Shown here: positions 16,701-24,206 of the stretch, in pieces
Layout: every line of letters starts with the position of its first letter
Numbering within the stretch: the first letter of the stretch is position 1
Assembly (NCBI GenBank): GCA_040004225.1
Contig: JBDUBI010000184.1
Span: 1-43,803, forward strand
Direction of reading: 5' to 3'
Length of the DNA: 43,803 bases
DNA from: Acidobacteriota bacterium
GTDB taxonomy: Bacteria; Acidobacteriota; Thermoanaerobaculia; UBA5066; Gp7-AA6
Notes under the pieces: model-generated
Database searches by the model: none
The model's input: the letters and a program-made list of their open reading frames with translations, nothing else
Told to the model about the DNA's origin: nothing
Program-made: the position numbers and the translations under genes

Positions 16701-19700
16701 TCGTTGCGCCGAGAAACCCCGTCGAAGAGATGCTGGCGGGAATCTGGGCCCACGTCCTGCGGCTGCCCTCAGTCGGAATCGACGACGACTTCTTCTCTCT
16801 CGGAGGCCACTCTCTCATCGCGACGCAGGTCATCTCGAGGATAAGAGACGCGTTCGGGGTCGAGTTGCCGCTGCGGTCGCTCTTCGAGTCCCCGACGGTC
16901 GCGGGTCTCGCGGAGTTGATTGTGGTTGCGCAGGGTGAAGGCTCCGGTGCTGCGTCGCCTCCCCTCGTTTCCTGCGAGCGCTCCGAGAAACTCCCCCTGT
17001 CCTTCGCGCAGCAGCGTCTCTGGTTCCTCGACCAGTTCGAGGCCGGCAACGCCTTCTACAACGCTCCGCTGCTCCTTCGTCTCGCGGGCGAATTGCACGT
17101 TGATGCGCTGGAAGGCGCGTTCCACAGGGTGATCGCGCGTCAAGATTCCCTCCGGACGAGGTTCGACTCGATGGACGGAAACCCGGTACAGACCATCGAA
17201 GTCAGCGTCGAGTTCCGGGTCGCGCGCGTGGACTTGACCGGCCTGGCCGAGCCGCAGCGCGAAGCGGCGGCGGCCGCGAGGATCGCGGAAGATGCCGCTT
17301 TTCCGTTTAATCTCGAGAAAGCTCCGCTTCTCCGGGCCACTCTCTACCGTCTCGATCCCCGCGAGCACCTTCTTCTCGTTACGACGCATCACATCGTCAG
17401 CGACGGCTGGTCGATGGACGTATTCATGCGTGAGCTCGCCGCTTTTTACGAGGAGCTGTCCACCGGAAAGCCGGCCGCGCTTCCGCGTCTGCCGATTCAG
17501 TACGCGGACTTCGCCGAGTGGCAGCGTCGGTGGCTGTCCGGAGAAGTGCTCGAGAGCCAGCTTTCCTACTGGAAGGAGAGGCTCGTCCGGCTGCCCGTCC
17601 TGGAGCTGCCGACAGACCGACCCCGCCCGCCGGTGCAGAGCCACCGCGGCGCCCGGTGCTCCCTCTCGCTTTCGAACGATCTTGCGGAAGGCTTGCGCCG
17701 TCTGAGCCGGCGGGAGGGCGTCACCCTCTACATGACTCTTCTCTCGGCCTTTCAAACCCTCTTGACCTTCTACACCGGGCAGGAAGACATCGTGGTGGGC
17801 TCGCCGATCGCCGGTCGGACACGCGCCGAGGTCGAGGGACTGATCGGTTTCTTCGTCAACGCTCTCGTTTTGCGCACGAGCTTCTCCGGAGACCCTTCCT
17901 TCCGGGAGGTCCTGGGGAGGGTTCGGCAGGTCACGCTCGGTGCGTACACGCATCAGGATCTTCCATTCGAAAAACTGGTCGAGCACATGCATCCGGATCG
18001 AAACCTCGCGTCCAATCCGCTCTTTCAGGTCCTGTTCGCGGTCCAGAACACCCCGGCGGTGACCGTCGCGCTGACGGGTCTTGAGGTCGTGCCTCTCGCG
18101 GTGGACATGCCGACGACCCGGTTCGATCTCGAGGCCTACGTCTCCGAGACCCCGTCGGGCCTCGTCTGCACCTTCGTCTACGCCACGGATCTGTTCGAGC
18201 CGGAGACGATCGTTCGAATGATGTCCCACTATCAGCGGCTGCTCGAAAGCGTGGTGGAAGATGCGACCCGGCCGCTTTCGAGACTGACGATTCTGACGGC
18301 GACGGAGCGCCGCCAGATCCTCGAGGACTGGAATCGCACGGAGAAGCCGTATCCGCGGGACCGAACGGTGCCGGCCCTCTTCGAACGGCAGGCGGAAAAG
18401 ACCCCGGAGCGCACCGCCGTCGTCGCGCGCGCCGCCCGGTTGACGTATCGGGAATTGAACGAACGAGCGAATCGACTGGCCTGGTACCTCAAGGATCGCC
18501 GCGTCGGTCCCGAGGTCCTTGTGGGGCTCTGCGTCGAGCGGTCGCCTGAAATGCTCGTCGGATTGCTGGGCATTCTGAAGGCCGGCGGCGCGTATGTGCC
18601 GCTCGACCCGACCTATCCCCGCAACCGGCTGGAGTTCATGCTGGGTGAGACCGCGGCCCCGGTCGTCGTGACGCTGGAGCCCTCCTCGCACAGCCTTCCG
18701 GCCGGCCAATTCGAAGTCGTGCGCCTCGACTCCGACTGGCCGCGCATCGCCGCGGGGAGCGTCGAGAACCCTCCCGCCATCGCCGCTCCGGAGAACCTCG
18801 CGTACGTCCTTTACACGTCCGGGACCACGGGGAGACCCAAGGGCGTGGCGATCGAGCACCGCAGCACGGTCGGATTGCTCGCGTGGGCGAGGGAGGCCTA
18901 CTCCGACCTCGAGCTTCAGGGCACGCTCGCCTCGACCTCTATCAACTTCGATCTTTCGGTGTTCGAGATCTTCGCGCCGCTGTGCTGGGGCGGGACCGTG
19001 CATCTCGCGCAGAACGCCCTGGAGCTCGCCGATCTCCCGACGCGCGGCGACGTGACGCTGGTCAACACCGTTCCTTCCGTTATGAAGGAGCTTCTCGGGA
19101 TCGGGGCGCTGCCGAGGTCGGTCGCCACGGTCAACCTCGCGGGCGAACCTCTTTCGGCGTCGCTCGTCCGCGAGATCCTGCGCGGCGGAACCGCGGAGCG
19201 GCGCCTGTTGGATCTCTACGGACCGACGGAAGACACGACGTACTCGACCTGCGCAACGCGGTTTTCAGAAGGTCCGGTGACGATTGGGCGTCCGATCTCG
19301 AACAAGCGCATCTATATCCTCGATCGGCACCTGCGGCCGGTTCCCGTCGGCGTGCCTGGAGACCTCTATACGGCGGGCGTCGGCGTCGCCCGGGGCTATC
19401 TGCATCGGGTCGATCTGACCGCGGAGAGATTTCTCGCCGACCCGTTCCGCCCCGGCGAGAGGATGTACCGGACGGGTGATCGGGCCCGGTTCCTGCCCGA
19501 CGGGAACGTGCAGTATCTGGGCCGTCTCGACCAGCAGGTCAAGGTCCGGGGATTCCGCATCGAACTCGGGGAGGTGGAGGAGGTGCTGGCGCAGCACCCG
19601 CGGGTGGGGGCCTGCGCGTTGACGGCCTGGCAGTCGGCCACCGGCGACAAGCGGCTGATCGCGTACATCGCACCTCGAATCGGCGAAGAGGCGCCGCCGG

Positions 19701-20209
19701 TTTCTTCGTTGCGGGATTTCATGGCGGCCACTCTGCCTTACTACATGATTCCCTCGACCTTCATCTTCCTCGAGGCGCTTCCGCTCAGCCCGAATGGCAA
19801 GGTGGACCGGCGGGCGCTCCCGGATCCATCGCCGAGCTCACCCGAGCGGGAAACCGCTCCGGTGCCGCCCCGAACCAGAATCGAGCGCACCATCGCGGAA
19901 ATCTGGGAGCAGGTCCTCGGCGTGGAGCGCGTCGGGGTTCACGACAACTTCTTCGATCTCGGAGGTCACTCCCTCCTGGCGACCCTCGTCTTCGCACGCC
20001 TGCTGAATGCGTTTCCGATCTCGCTGCCGTTGCGCACGCTCTTCGAGAAACCGACGGTCGCGGAGCTCGCGGAAACCATCGAGCTCTCCGGCGAGATCGA
20101 TCCCGCGATACGCCGCTCGCCAATCGCCGCGGTCTCGCGCGAGGCGATGCGGGGCGACGGAGCTCCCGGAATGCGTCCTGCCGGCCCGAAAGACAAGAAC
20201 CGGGTCTAG
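13724..20209 (+). CDS. Bimodular NRPS, C(DCL-like)-A-T-C(LCL)-A-T; predicted Thr and Ala
   Basis: The ATG overlaps the upstream stop (ATGA, 13724-13727). C1 domain: 'LEDVYELSPMQQGILFH' with 'QHLLLDRWS' (nt 14192). A1: 'LAYLIYTSGSTGQPKGV', 'NMYGITETTVH'; code DFWNIGMVHK, the Thr code. T1: 'FFSLGGHSLIATQ'. C2: 'LSFAQQRLWFLDQ', 'HHIVSDGWS' (nt 17387). A2: 'LAYVLYTSGTTGRPKGV', 'DLYGPTEDTTY'; code DLFNNALTYK, an Ala-type code. T2: 'FFDLGGHSLLATL'. No TE domain. Confidence 0.93.
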   Translation: MTRGPGGRGEQDTGINQIDLEDVYELSPMQQGILFHTLYDPVNDVYLEQSVVTLRGKLDVARFAEAWRRVAERHSILRTSFHWEDLEKPVQVVQRDARVSLDVRDWRALPGDERSSRLAAFLEEDRGRSFDLTSAPLWRVALLQTEDDVHECVLSFQHLLLDRWSRLLLFKEIFTLYAASVSGNEAALPRAPSYSEYIAWLQKQDRNRTESFWRGTLAGFSAPTPLRSVGASAAGGGSGFTEASGRLSPDQTARLQALARNSRVTLNSVIQGAWAILASRYSGQDDVVFGVTVSGRPPGLPGVETMVGLFINTVPFRVAVPRETTAREFLQAVQRRFMKLREYEYSALLDVQGWSEVPRGTPLFDSLVVFENIDSDFDSDAASGGLKVVRTRGFGGRTNFPLTLVVNAEPALALRVFGEGGIFDPTTLSRMLGHLETLLDAMTDRPEQSVSNLPILTDAERRQILDDWNRRPATNSPTECLHRRFEAQADRAPESIAVEFDGQTLGYRELNLRANRLARHLRRFGVGAEVLVGVLLEPSLDLVVALMAVLKAGGAYVPLDPTYPPERIGFMLEDAQAVLLVTDGRAAESLEVPAGVLSVRIDADAASIAGEDGQNLDHEDSPTSLAYLIYTSGSTGQPKGVLVAHANVDRLFTSTEPWFRFDERDVWTLFHSHAFDFSVWELWGALRYGGRLVVVPRSVARSADAFHHLLAASGVTVLNQTPSAFRQLIPIDASSDTPLGLRLVIFGGEALDAGMLAPWLERHGCETPRLVNMYGITETTVHVTYHPMTSADVRKPFASVIGRPIPDLQVLVLDDELRLCPIGVSGELCIAGAGLARGYLRRPDLTARKFIRNPFAEDPADHLYRSGDLGRFLPDGNIEYLGRIDDQVKIRGFRIELGEVESVLARHPSVAASAVIVREDASGDKRLVAYVVGPGGSAPAASELRPFLKRTLPEYMVPSSYIALEKLPMTSTGKLDRRALPEPGETHLSVASFVAPRNPVEEMLAGIWAHVLRLPSVGIDDDFFSLGGHSLIATQVISRIRDAFGVELPLRSLFESPTVAGLAELIVVAQGEGSGAASPPLVSCERSEKLPLSFAQQRLWFLDQFEAGNAFYNAPLLLRLAGELHVDALEGAFHRVIARQDSLRTRFDSMDGNPVQTIEVSVEFRVARVDLTGLAEPQREAAAAARIAEDAAFPFNLEKAPLLRATLYRLDPREHLLLVTTHHIVSDGWSMDVFMRELAAFYEELSTGKPAALPRLPIQYADFAEWQRRWLSGEVLESQLSYWKERLVRLPVLELPTDRPRPPVQSHRGARCSLSLSNDLAEGLRRLSRREGVTLYMTLLSAFQTLLTFYTGQEDIVVGSPIAGRTRAEVEGLIGFFVNALVLRTSFSGDPSFREVLGRVRQVTLGAYTHQDLPFEKLVEHMHPDRNLASNPLFQVLFAVQNTPAVTVALTGLEVVPLAVDMPTTRFDLEAYVSETPSGLVCTFVYATDLFEPETIVRMMSHYQRLLESVVEDATRPLSRLTILTATERRQILEDWNRTEKPYPRDRTVPALFERQAEKTPERTAVVARAARLTYRELNERANRLAWYLKDRRVGPEVLVGLCVERSPEMLVGLLGILKAGGAYVPLDPTYPRNRLEFMLGETAAPVVVTLEPSSHSLPAGQFEVVRLDSDWPRIAAGSVENPPAIAAPENLAYVLYTSGTTGRPKGVAIEHRSTVGLLAWAREAYSDLELQGTLASTSINFDLSVFEIFAPLCWGGTVHLAQNALELADLPTRGDVTLVNTVPSVMKELLGIGALPRSVATVNLAGEPLSASLVREILRGGTAERRLLDLYGPTEDTTYSTCATRFSEGPVTIGRPISNKRIYILDRHLRPVPVGVPGDLYTAGVGVARGYLHRVDLTAERFLADPFRPGERMYRTGDRARFLPDGNVQYLGRLDQQVKVRGFRIELGEVEEVLAQHPRVGACALTAWQSATGDKRLIAYIAPRIGEEAPPVSSLRDFMAATLPYYMIPSTFIFLEALPLSPNGKVDRRALPDPSPSSPERETAPVPPRTRIERTIAEIWEQVLGVERVGVHDNFFDLGGHSLLATLVFARLLNAFPISLPLRTLFEKPTVAELAETIELSGEIDPAIRRSPIAAVSREAMRGDGAPGMRPAGPKDKNRV

Positions 20210-20353
20210 CGGCACTCCCCGGCACCCGGGCGCCTGTGATCCGTAAAGTATTGAAAACAAGGCGATCTGACTTCGCACGCCTTCCGCCTGCTCCGCGGAT
20301 CCGGATTCCCTCTTCTCCCGGGGTCGCAGATCTGTTATCTTCTTTCGTCCATC

Positions 20354-20570
20354 ATGAACAATAAATGCGCAACCCCGGGTACCTCCCCGGCGAAGGACCA
20401 TCTGCCGGCTGCCTCCGGCACTCTCGCGGCGCATTTCCCTTCCTTCGACTGAACCATGAAAAACCGAACGCGGGAACGGGTACCTCCCGGGCGGAGCTGT
20501 CGAGTCGTTTTCTTATTTTAACGAACGCAACGCATGTACAACTCAAACGCGGCGGCGGGTACCACCTGGG
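20354..20570 (+). repeat. Array 2: three further copies of the same 36-37 nt motif
   Basis: Copies at 20354-20390 'atgaacaataaatgcgcaaccccgggtacctccccgg', 20456-20491 'atgaaaaaccgaacgcgggaacgggtacctcccggg' and 20534-20570 'atgtacaactcaaacgcggcggcgggtaccacctggg'. Core spacing is 101 and 80 nt. The array lies in the 473-nt gap between the bimodular NRPS and the CmlA-like gene. Confidence 0.8.
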
Positions 20571-20682
20571 CCGACGTTTGTTCCGCGGGGCCCTCGTCTC
20601 GACTTTCTGAGAGTCATCCTCCCGCGGCGCGCGCCGGCGCTTCGCGGATCACGGCGGATCGCCCGCGGACACGGGGAGAGCG

Positions 20683-22278
20683 GTGTCGGTCATGACGCCC
20701 GTTTACCTGCGCCCCAACGCGTTCGTCGAGCCGCTTTTCAACCGCTGGTATGCGTGGCCCTACCTCGTCTCGCCGATGACGGCGGCGATGTATGTCGAAA
20801 GCCTGCACCTGCCCCTGCTGGAATCGTTCCTGGCGAATCCCCGGATGCATGTGGCGGCGCTCTCGAATCCCGAGATGGCGGGAGGGCCGTTCGTCGGGCA
20901 CGGGGAGGCGAGCGCGCCGGCCGTCGCGCGACTCCTCCAGGAAACGCGCCGGGCGAGCGCGCCGCTGCTGGAGTTCGCCGCGGCCGTGCGCGAGCTCACG
21001 AAGATCCTCGCGGAACGTGCCGACGGGTGTTCGCTCCAGTCGGTCTACAGCGCCGTCCCAGAGGCCCTTCGCGGATTCGTCGAGCTCGTCTACGACGTCA
21101 ATCACCATGCTTCCATTCGATTCCTGGAGCCGCTCCTGTACCGAAGCCGGTTCTTCGACGAGAGCGCGCAGAGCGTGTTGCTCTCGCTGGTCGGGGGAGA
21201 CGATCGCGCTTTCGTCTTTAACACGCCCCGACTCGAAGAGGGCGGCGGCCTGCGGCTCGACCTGCCCTATCGCTCCGAAGCGCTCGACGCGCTCTTTCGG
21301 ATGCGAGAGCACGCGCGACCACTCGCCTTCGCGCGGGAGGCCCTCGGAGTGGCGGAGTCGTCCGGAGGAAACTTCGAGCGCCTCTTCACGGACCGTCCGC
21401 CGCGTCTGCAAAGCCTCCCCCCGTCTTCCGGAGTCCGTGTCCGATATTTTGGCCACGCCTGCGTCCTCGTCGAGACCCGGGGAACGAGCGTGCTGACGGA
21501 CCCTCTGATCCCGTACGAGCACGGCGCCGGAATCCCGCGATACAGCTGGAGCGACCTCCCCGCGTCGATCGACTACGCGCTGATCACCCACGCCCATCAG
21601 GACCACTGCATGCTCGAGACGCTGCTGCAGCTGCGCCACCGGATTCGAAACATCGTGGTGCCCCGCAATTCGGGTGGGGGGCTCGCCGACCCGTCCTTAA
21701 AGCTCATCCTCGAGGCCGCGGGATTCCGCAACGTCTACGAGCTCGACGAGCTCGGTGAGATCGCGACGCCGGGCGGCTCCATCACCGCCGTTCCGTTCCT
21801 CGGCGAGCACGGGGACCTGAACATCCGCAGCAAGACAACCTATCTCGTCAAGCTGCTCGGCCGGTCCTTTCTCTTCTGCGCGGACTCGAACGCCTTCGAG
21901 CCGGCCATCTACGATCACCTTCGCGACCTTCTCGCCGGGCTCGACGCCGTCTTCGTGGGGATGGAATGCGAAGGCGCTCCGATGAGCTGGATGTACGGGC
22001 CAGTCCTGACGGCGCCGCTCGCGCGCCGGATGGACCAGTCGCGCCGGCTCGACGCGTCCGATTGCGAGCGGGCCATGGCGATGGTCGAGAGACTTCGGCC
22101 GCGCTCCGCGTACGTCTATGCGATGGGCTCCGAGCCGTGGCTCGGCTATCTCACCTCGATCCACTACACCGAACAGTCGCGTCCGATCGTGCAGTCCCGC
22201 GCGTTCGTCGCCGCCTGCGAGGCCGCCGGAGTCCCGGCCGCCGTCCTCCACGGCTCGAGCGAAATGTCGTTCGCATGA
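20683..22278 (+). CDS. Metallo-beta-lactamase-fold protein with N-terminal extension; CmlA-like non-heme diiron beta-hydroxylase candidate
   Basis: 531 aa. The C-terminal half carries 'ALITHAHQDH' (HxHxDH), 'FLGEHGD', 'FCADSN' and 'GMECEGAPMSWMYGP'. It is preceded by an N-terminal domain of about 250 aa. The stop overlaps the start of the stand-alone A-T gene. The family assignment rests on recalled CmlA architecture, not on a search. Confidence 0.65.
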   Translation: MSVMTPVYLRPNAFVEPLFNRWYAWPYLVSPMTAAMYVESLHLPLLESFLANPRMHVAALSNPEMAGGPFVGHGEASAPAVARLLQETRRASAPLLEFAAAVRELTKILAERADGCSLQSVYSAVPEALRGFVELVYDVNHHASIRFLEPLLYRSRFFDESAQSVLLSLVGGDDRAFVFNTPRLEEGGGLRLDLPYRSEALDALFRMREHARPLAFAREALGVAESSGGNFERLFTDRPPRLQSLPPSSGVRVRYFGHACVLVETRGTSVLTDPLIPYEHGAGIPRYSWSDLPASIDYALITHAHQDHCMLETLLQLRHRIRNIVVPRNSGGGLADPSLKLILEAAGFRNVYELDELGEIATPGGSITAVPFLGEHGDLNIRSKTTYLVKLLGRSFLFCADSNAFEPAIYDHLRDLLAGLDAVFVGMECEGAPMSWMYGPVLTAPLARRMDQSRRLDASDCERAMAMVERLRPRSAYVYAMGSEPWLGYLTSIHYTEQSRPIVQSRAFVAACEAAGVPAAVLHGSSEMSFA

Positions 22279-24206
22279 GACCCGATCCGTTCCGCAATCT
22301 GTCGCCGGAGGACGCTCGCTTCCTGCAGGAGTGGAACCAGACCCGCACCGATTATCCGAGAAACAGGACCGTCCCCGGTCTGTTCGAAGACGAGGCGCGG
22401 CGGTCGGGCACGTCGATCGCTCTCCTCTCCGCCGCCGCCGAAGGATCGCTCACGTACGACGCGCTGAACCGGCGGGCCAACCGTCTCGCGTGGCATTTAC
22501 GGGGAATGGGAGTCGGAGAAGGGGCCCTCGTCGTCCTCCACCTCGAGCGCTCGTTCGACCTGATCGTCGCGATGCTCGGCGTGCTGAAGACCGGGGCGGC
22601 CTTTTCCCCCCTGGAACCCGGCCTGCCATTGAAACGCGTCGCTTTTCTCCTCGGAGACCTCGCCCCCGCCGCCATCGTGACTCGGGACGGTCTCGCCGGT
22701 TCGCTCCCCGCCACGTGGTGCCCTGTGGTCTGCGTCGACTCCGACGGCTCGTCGATCGCGGCGCGGAGCGACGAGAATCCGCTTCGCACGGACGATCCGC
22801 TCGGACTGGCGCACGTCCTCTACACCTCCGGCTCGACCGGAGAGCCGAAGGGGGTTGAGGTCGTCCATCGCGGCGTCGTGAGGCTCGTGAAAGGGGCGGC
22901 TTACGCGCGTTTCGGGCCGGACGAAGTCTTTCTGCAGGCCGCCCCGGCTTCGTTCGATGCTTCGACGTTCGAGATCTGGGGCGCTCTCTTGAACGGCGGC
23001 GTGCTCGTCCTCCTCCCGCCGCGCCCGCCGAGCCTCGACGACCTCGGAGCCGCCATCCGCGATTTCGGCGTCACGACGCTGTGGCTGACGGCGGGCCTCT
23101 TCCACCTGGCCGTTTACGAACGGCCGGACTACCTGCGGCCGCTGCGCCGGCTGATCGCGGGCGGCGAAGTCCTTTCGCCGGCGCGCGTGCGGGATGCCCT
23201 CCGCGAGCTTCCGGGCTGCGTGCTCGTGAACGGATACGGGCCCACGGAGAGCACGACGTTCGCTGCCTGCCACGAAATTTCGTCCGTCGAGCCGGACGGC
23301 GGCTCGATCCCGATCGGGCGCCCGATTGCCAACACCCGGATTCACCTGCTCGATTCCGACGGCCGGTGCGTCGCCCCGGGGGAGCCGGGGGAGATCCACA
23401 TCGGAGGCGACGGGCTGGCCCGCGGATACTGGCGGCGCCCCGATCTGACAGAGGCCGCCTTCGTGGACAGCCCGTTTGAGTCCGCCGGTGAGCGCGAGCG
23501 TCTCTACAGGACGGGGGACCTCGGGCGGCTTCGGGAAGACGGCTGTCTGGAGTTTCTCGGCCGGTCCGATCGCCAGCTGAAGATCCGGGGATTTCGAATC
23601 GAGCCCGGAGAGATCGAAGCGGCCCTCGAGCGGCATCCCGACGTTTGCCGGAGCGCCGTGGACGCCCGGGCGAGTGGCGCGGGCGTCCGGACGCTGGCGG
23701 CATACGTCGTCCCTCGCCGGGAAGGCACGTGCGACGAGGCGGAGCTCCGCCGGTTCCTCCAGGGCGAGCTCCCGGACCATATGATCCCGGCGGCCTTCAT
23801 CCGGCTCCCGTCTCTCCCGCTGACGGCGAACGGCAAGGTCGATCGCGATGCGCTGCCGGATCCGGGACAGGCGTCCGCCGGACCTCCGGCGCTTCCGTTC
23901 TCCGACACGGAATCGCTGATCGCGGAAGTCTGGCAGGCCGTTCTGGGAATCGCCTCGATCGATCGGGACACGAACTTCTTCGACGCGGGCGGAAGCTCTC
24001 TTCACTTGATCGAGGCCCACGCAAAGCTGCAGACGCGGCTCCGCGTCACTCTCCCGATCACGGCGCTGTTCGAGCACCCCACCATCCGGGCGATCGCCTC
24101 GTTCCTCCGGGAGAGACGCGACCCGGTCGCCGATCTGAGCGCCCTGCGGGATCGCGTCCGCGGCCGAAGGGCGGCAGGGTCGCCCGCTACGGAAGGAGCG
24201 TCGTGA
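22275..24206 (+). CDS. Stand-alone NRPS A-T didomain; predicted Val
   Basis: The ATG overlaps the upstream stop (ATGA). 'LAHVLYTSGSTGEPKGV', 'SFDASTFEIWG', 'NGYGPTESTTF', 'YRTGDLGRLREDGCLEFLGRSDRQLKIRGFRIEPGEIE', 'NGKVDR'; code DAFWIGGTFK, the Val code. T domain: 'FFDAGGSSLHLIEA'. Confidence 0.9.
   Translation: MRPDPFRNLSPEDARFLQEWNQTRTDYPRNRTVPGLFEDEARRSGTSIALLSAAAEGSLTYDALNRRANRLAWHLRGMGVGEGALVVLHLERSFDLIVAMLGVLKTGAAFSPLEPGLPLKRVAFLLGDLAPAAIVTRDGLAGSLPATWCPVVCVDSDGSSIAARSDENPLRTDDPLGLAHVLYTSGSTGEPKGVEVVHRGVVRLVKGAAYARFGPDEVFLQAAPASFDASTFEIWGALLNGGVLVLLPPRPPSLDDLGAAIRDFGVTTLWLTAGLFHLAVYERPDYLRPLRRLIAGGEVLSPARVRDALRELPGCVLVNGYGPTESTTFAACHEISSVEPDGGSIPIGRPIANTRIHLLDSDGRCVAPGEPGEIHIGGDGLARGYWRRPDLTEAAFVDSPFESAGERERLYRTGDLGRLREDGCLEFLGRSDRQLKIRGFRIEPGEIEAALERHPDVCRSAVDARASGAGVRTLAAYVVPRREGTCDEAELRRFLQGELPDHMIPAAFIRLPSLPLTANGKVDRDALPDPGQASAGPPALPFSDTESLIAEVWQAVLGIASIDRDTNFFDAGGSSLHLIEAHAKLQTRLRVTLPITALFEHPTIRAIASFLRERRDPVADLSALRDRVRGRRAAGSPATEGAS

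Noticed and set aside
20354-20520. Short ORFs starting at the ATG of each repeat copy (for example 'MNNKCATPGTSPAKDHLPAASGTLAAHFPSFD', 'MKNRTRERVPPGRSCRVVFLF', 'MKAKCNGGYLPGPNSTCFRC...'), considered as RiPP-like precursor peptides.
   Set aside because: The conserved nucleotides are read in different frames in different copies, and one copy stops after 5 codons. Conservation is therefore at nucleotide level, not peptide level.
20614-21639. 341-aa minus-strand ORF overlapping the 5' half of the CmlA-like gene.
   Set aside because: The + strand frame gives a coherent 531-aa protein with HxHxDH and other metal-ligand motifs and is coupled to the next gene. The antisense translation has no motifs.
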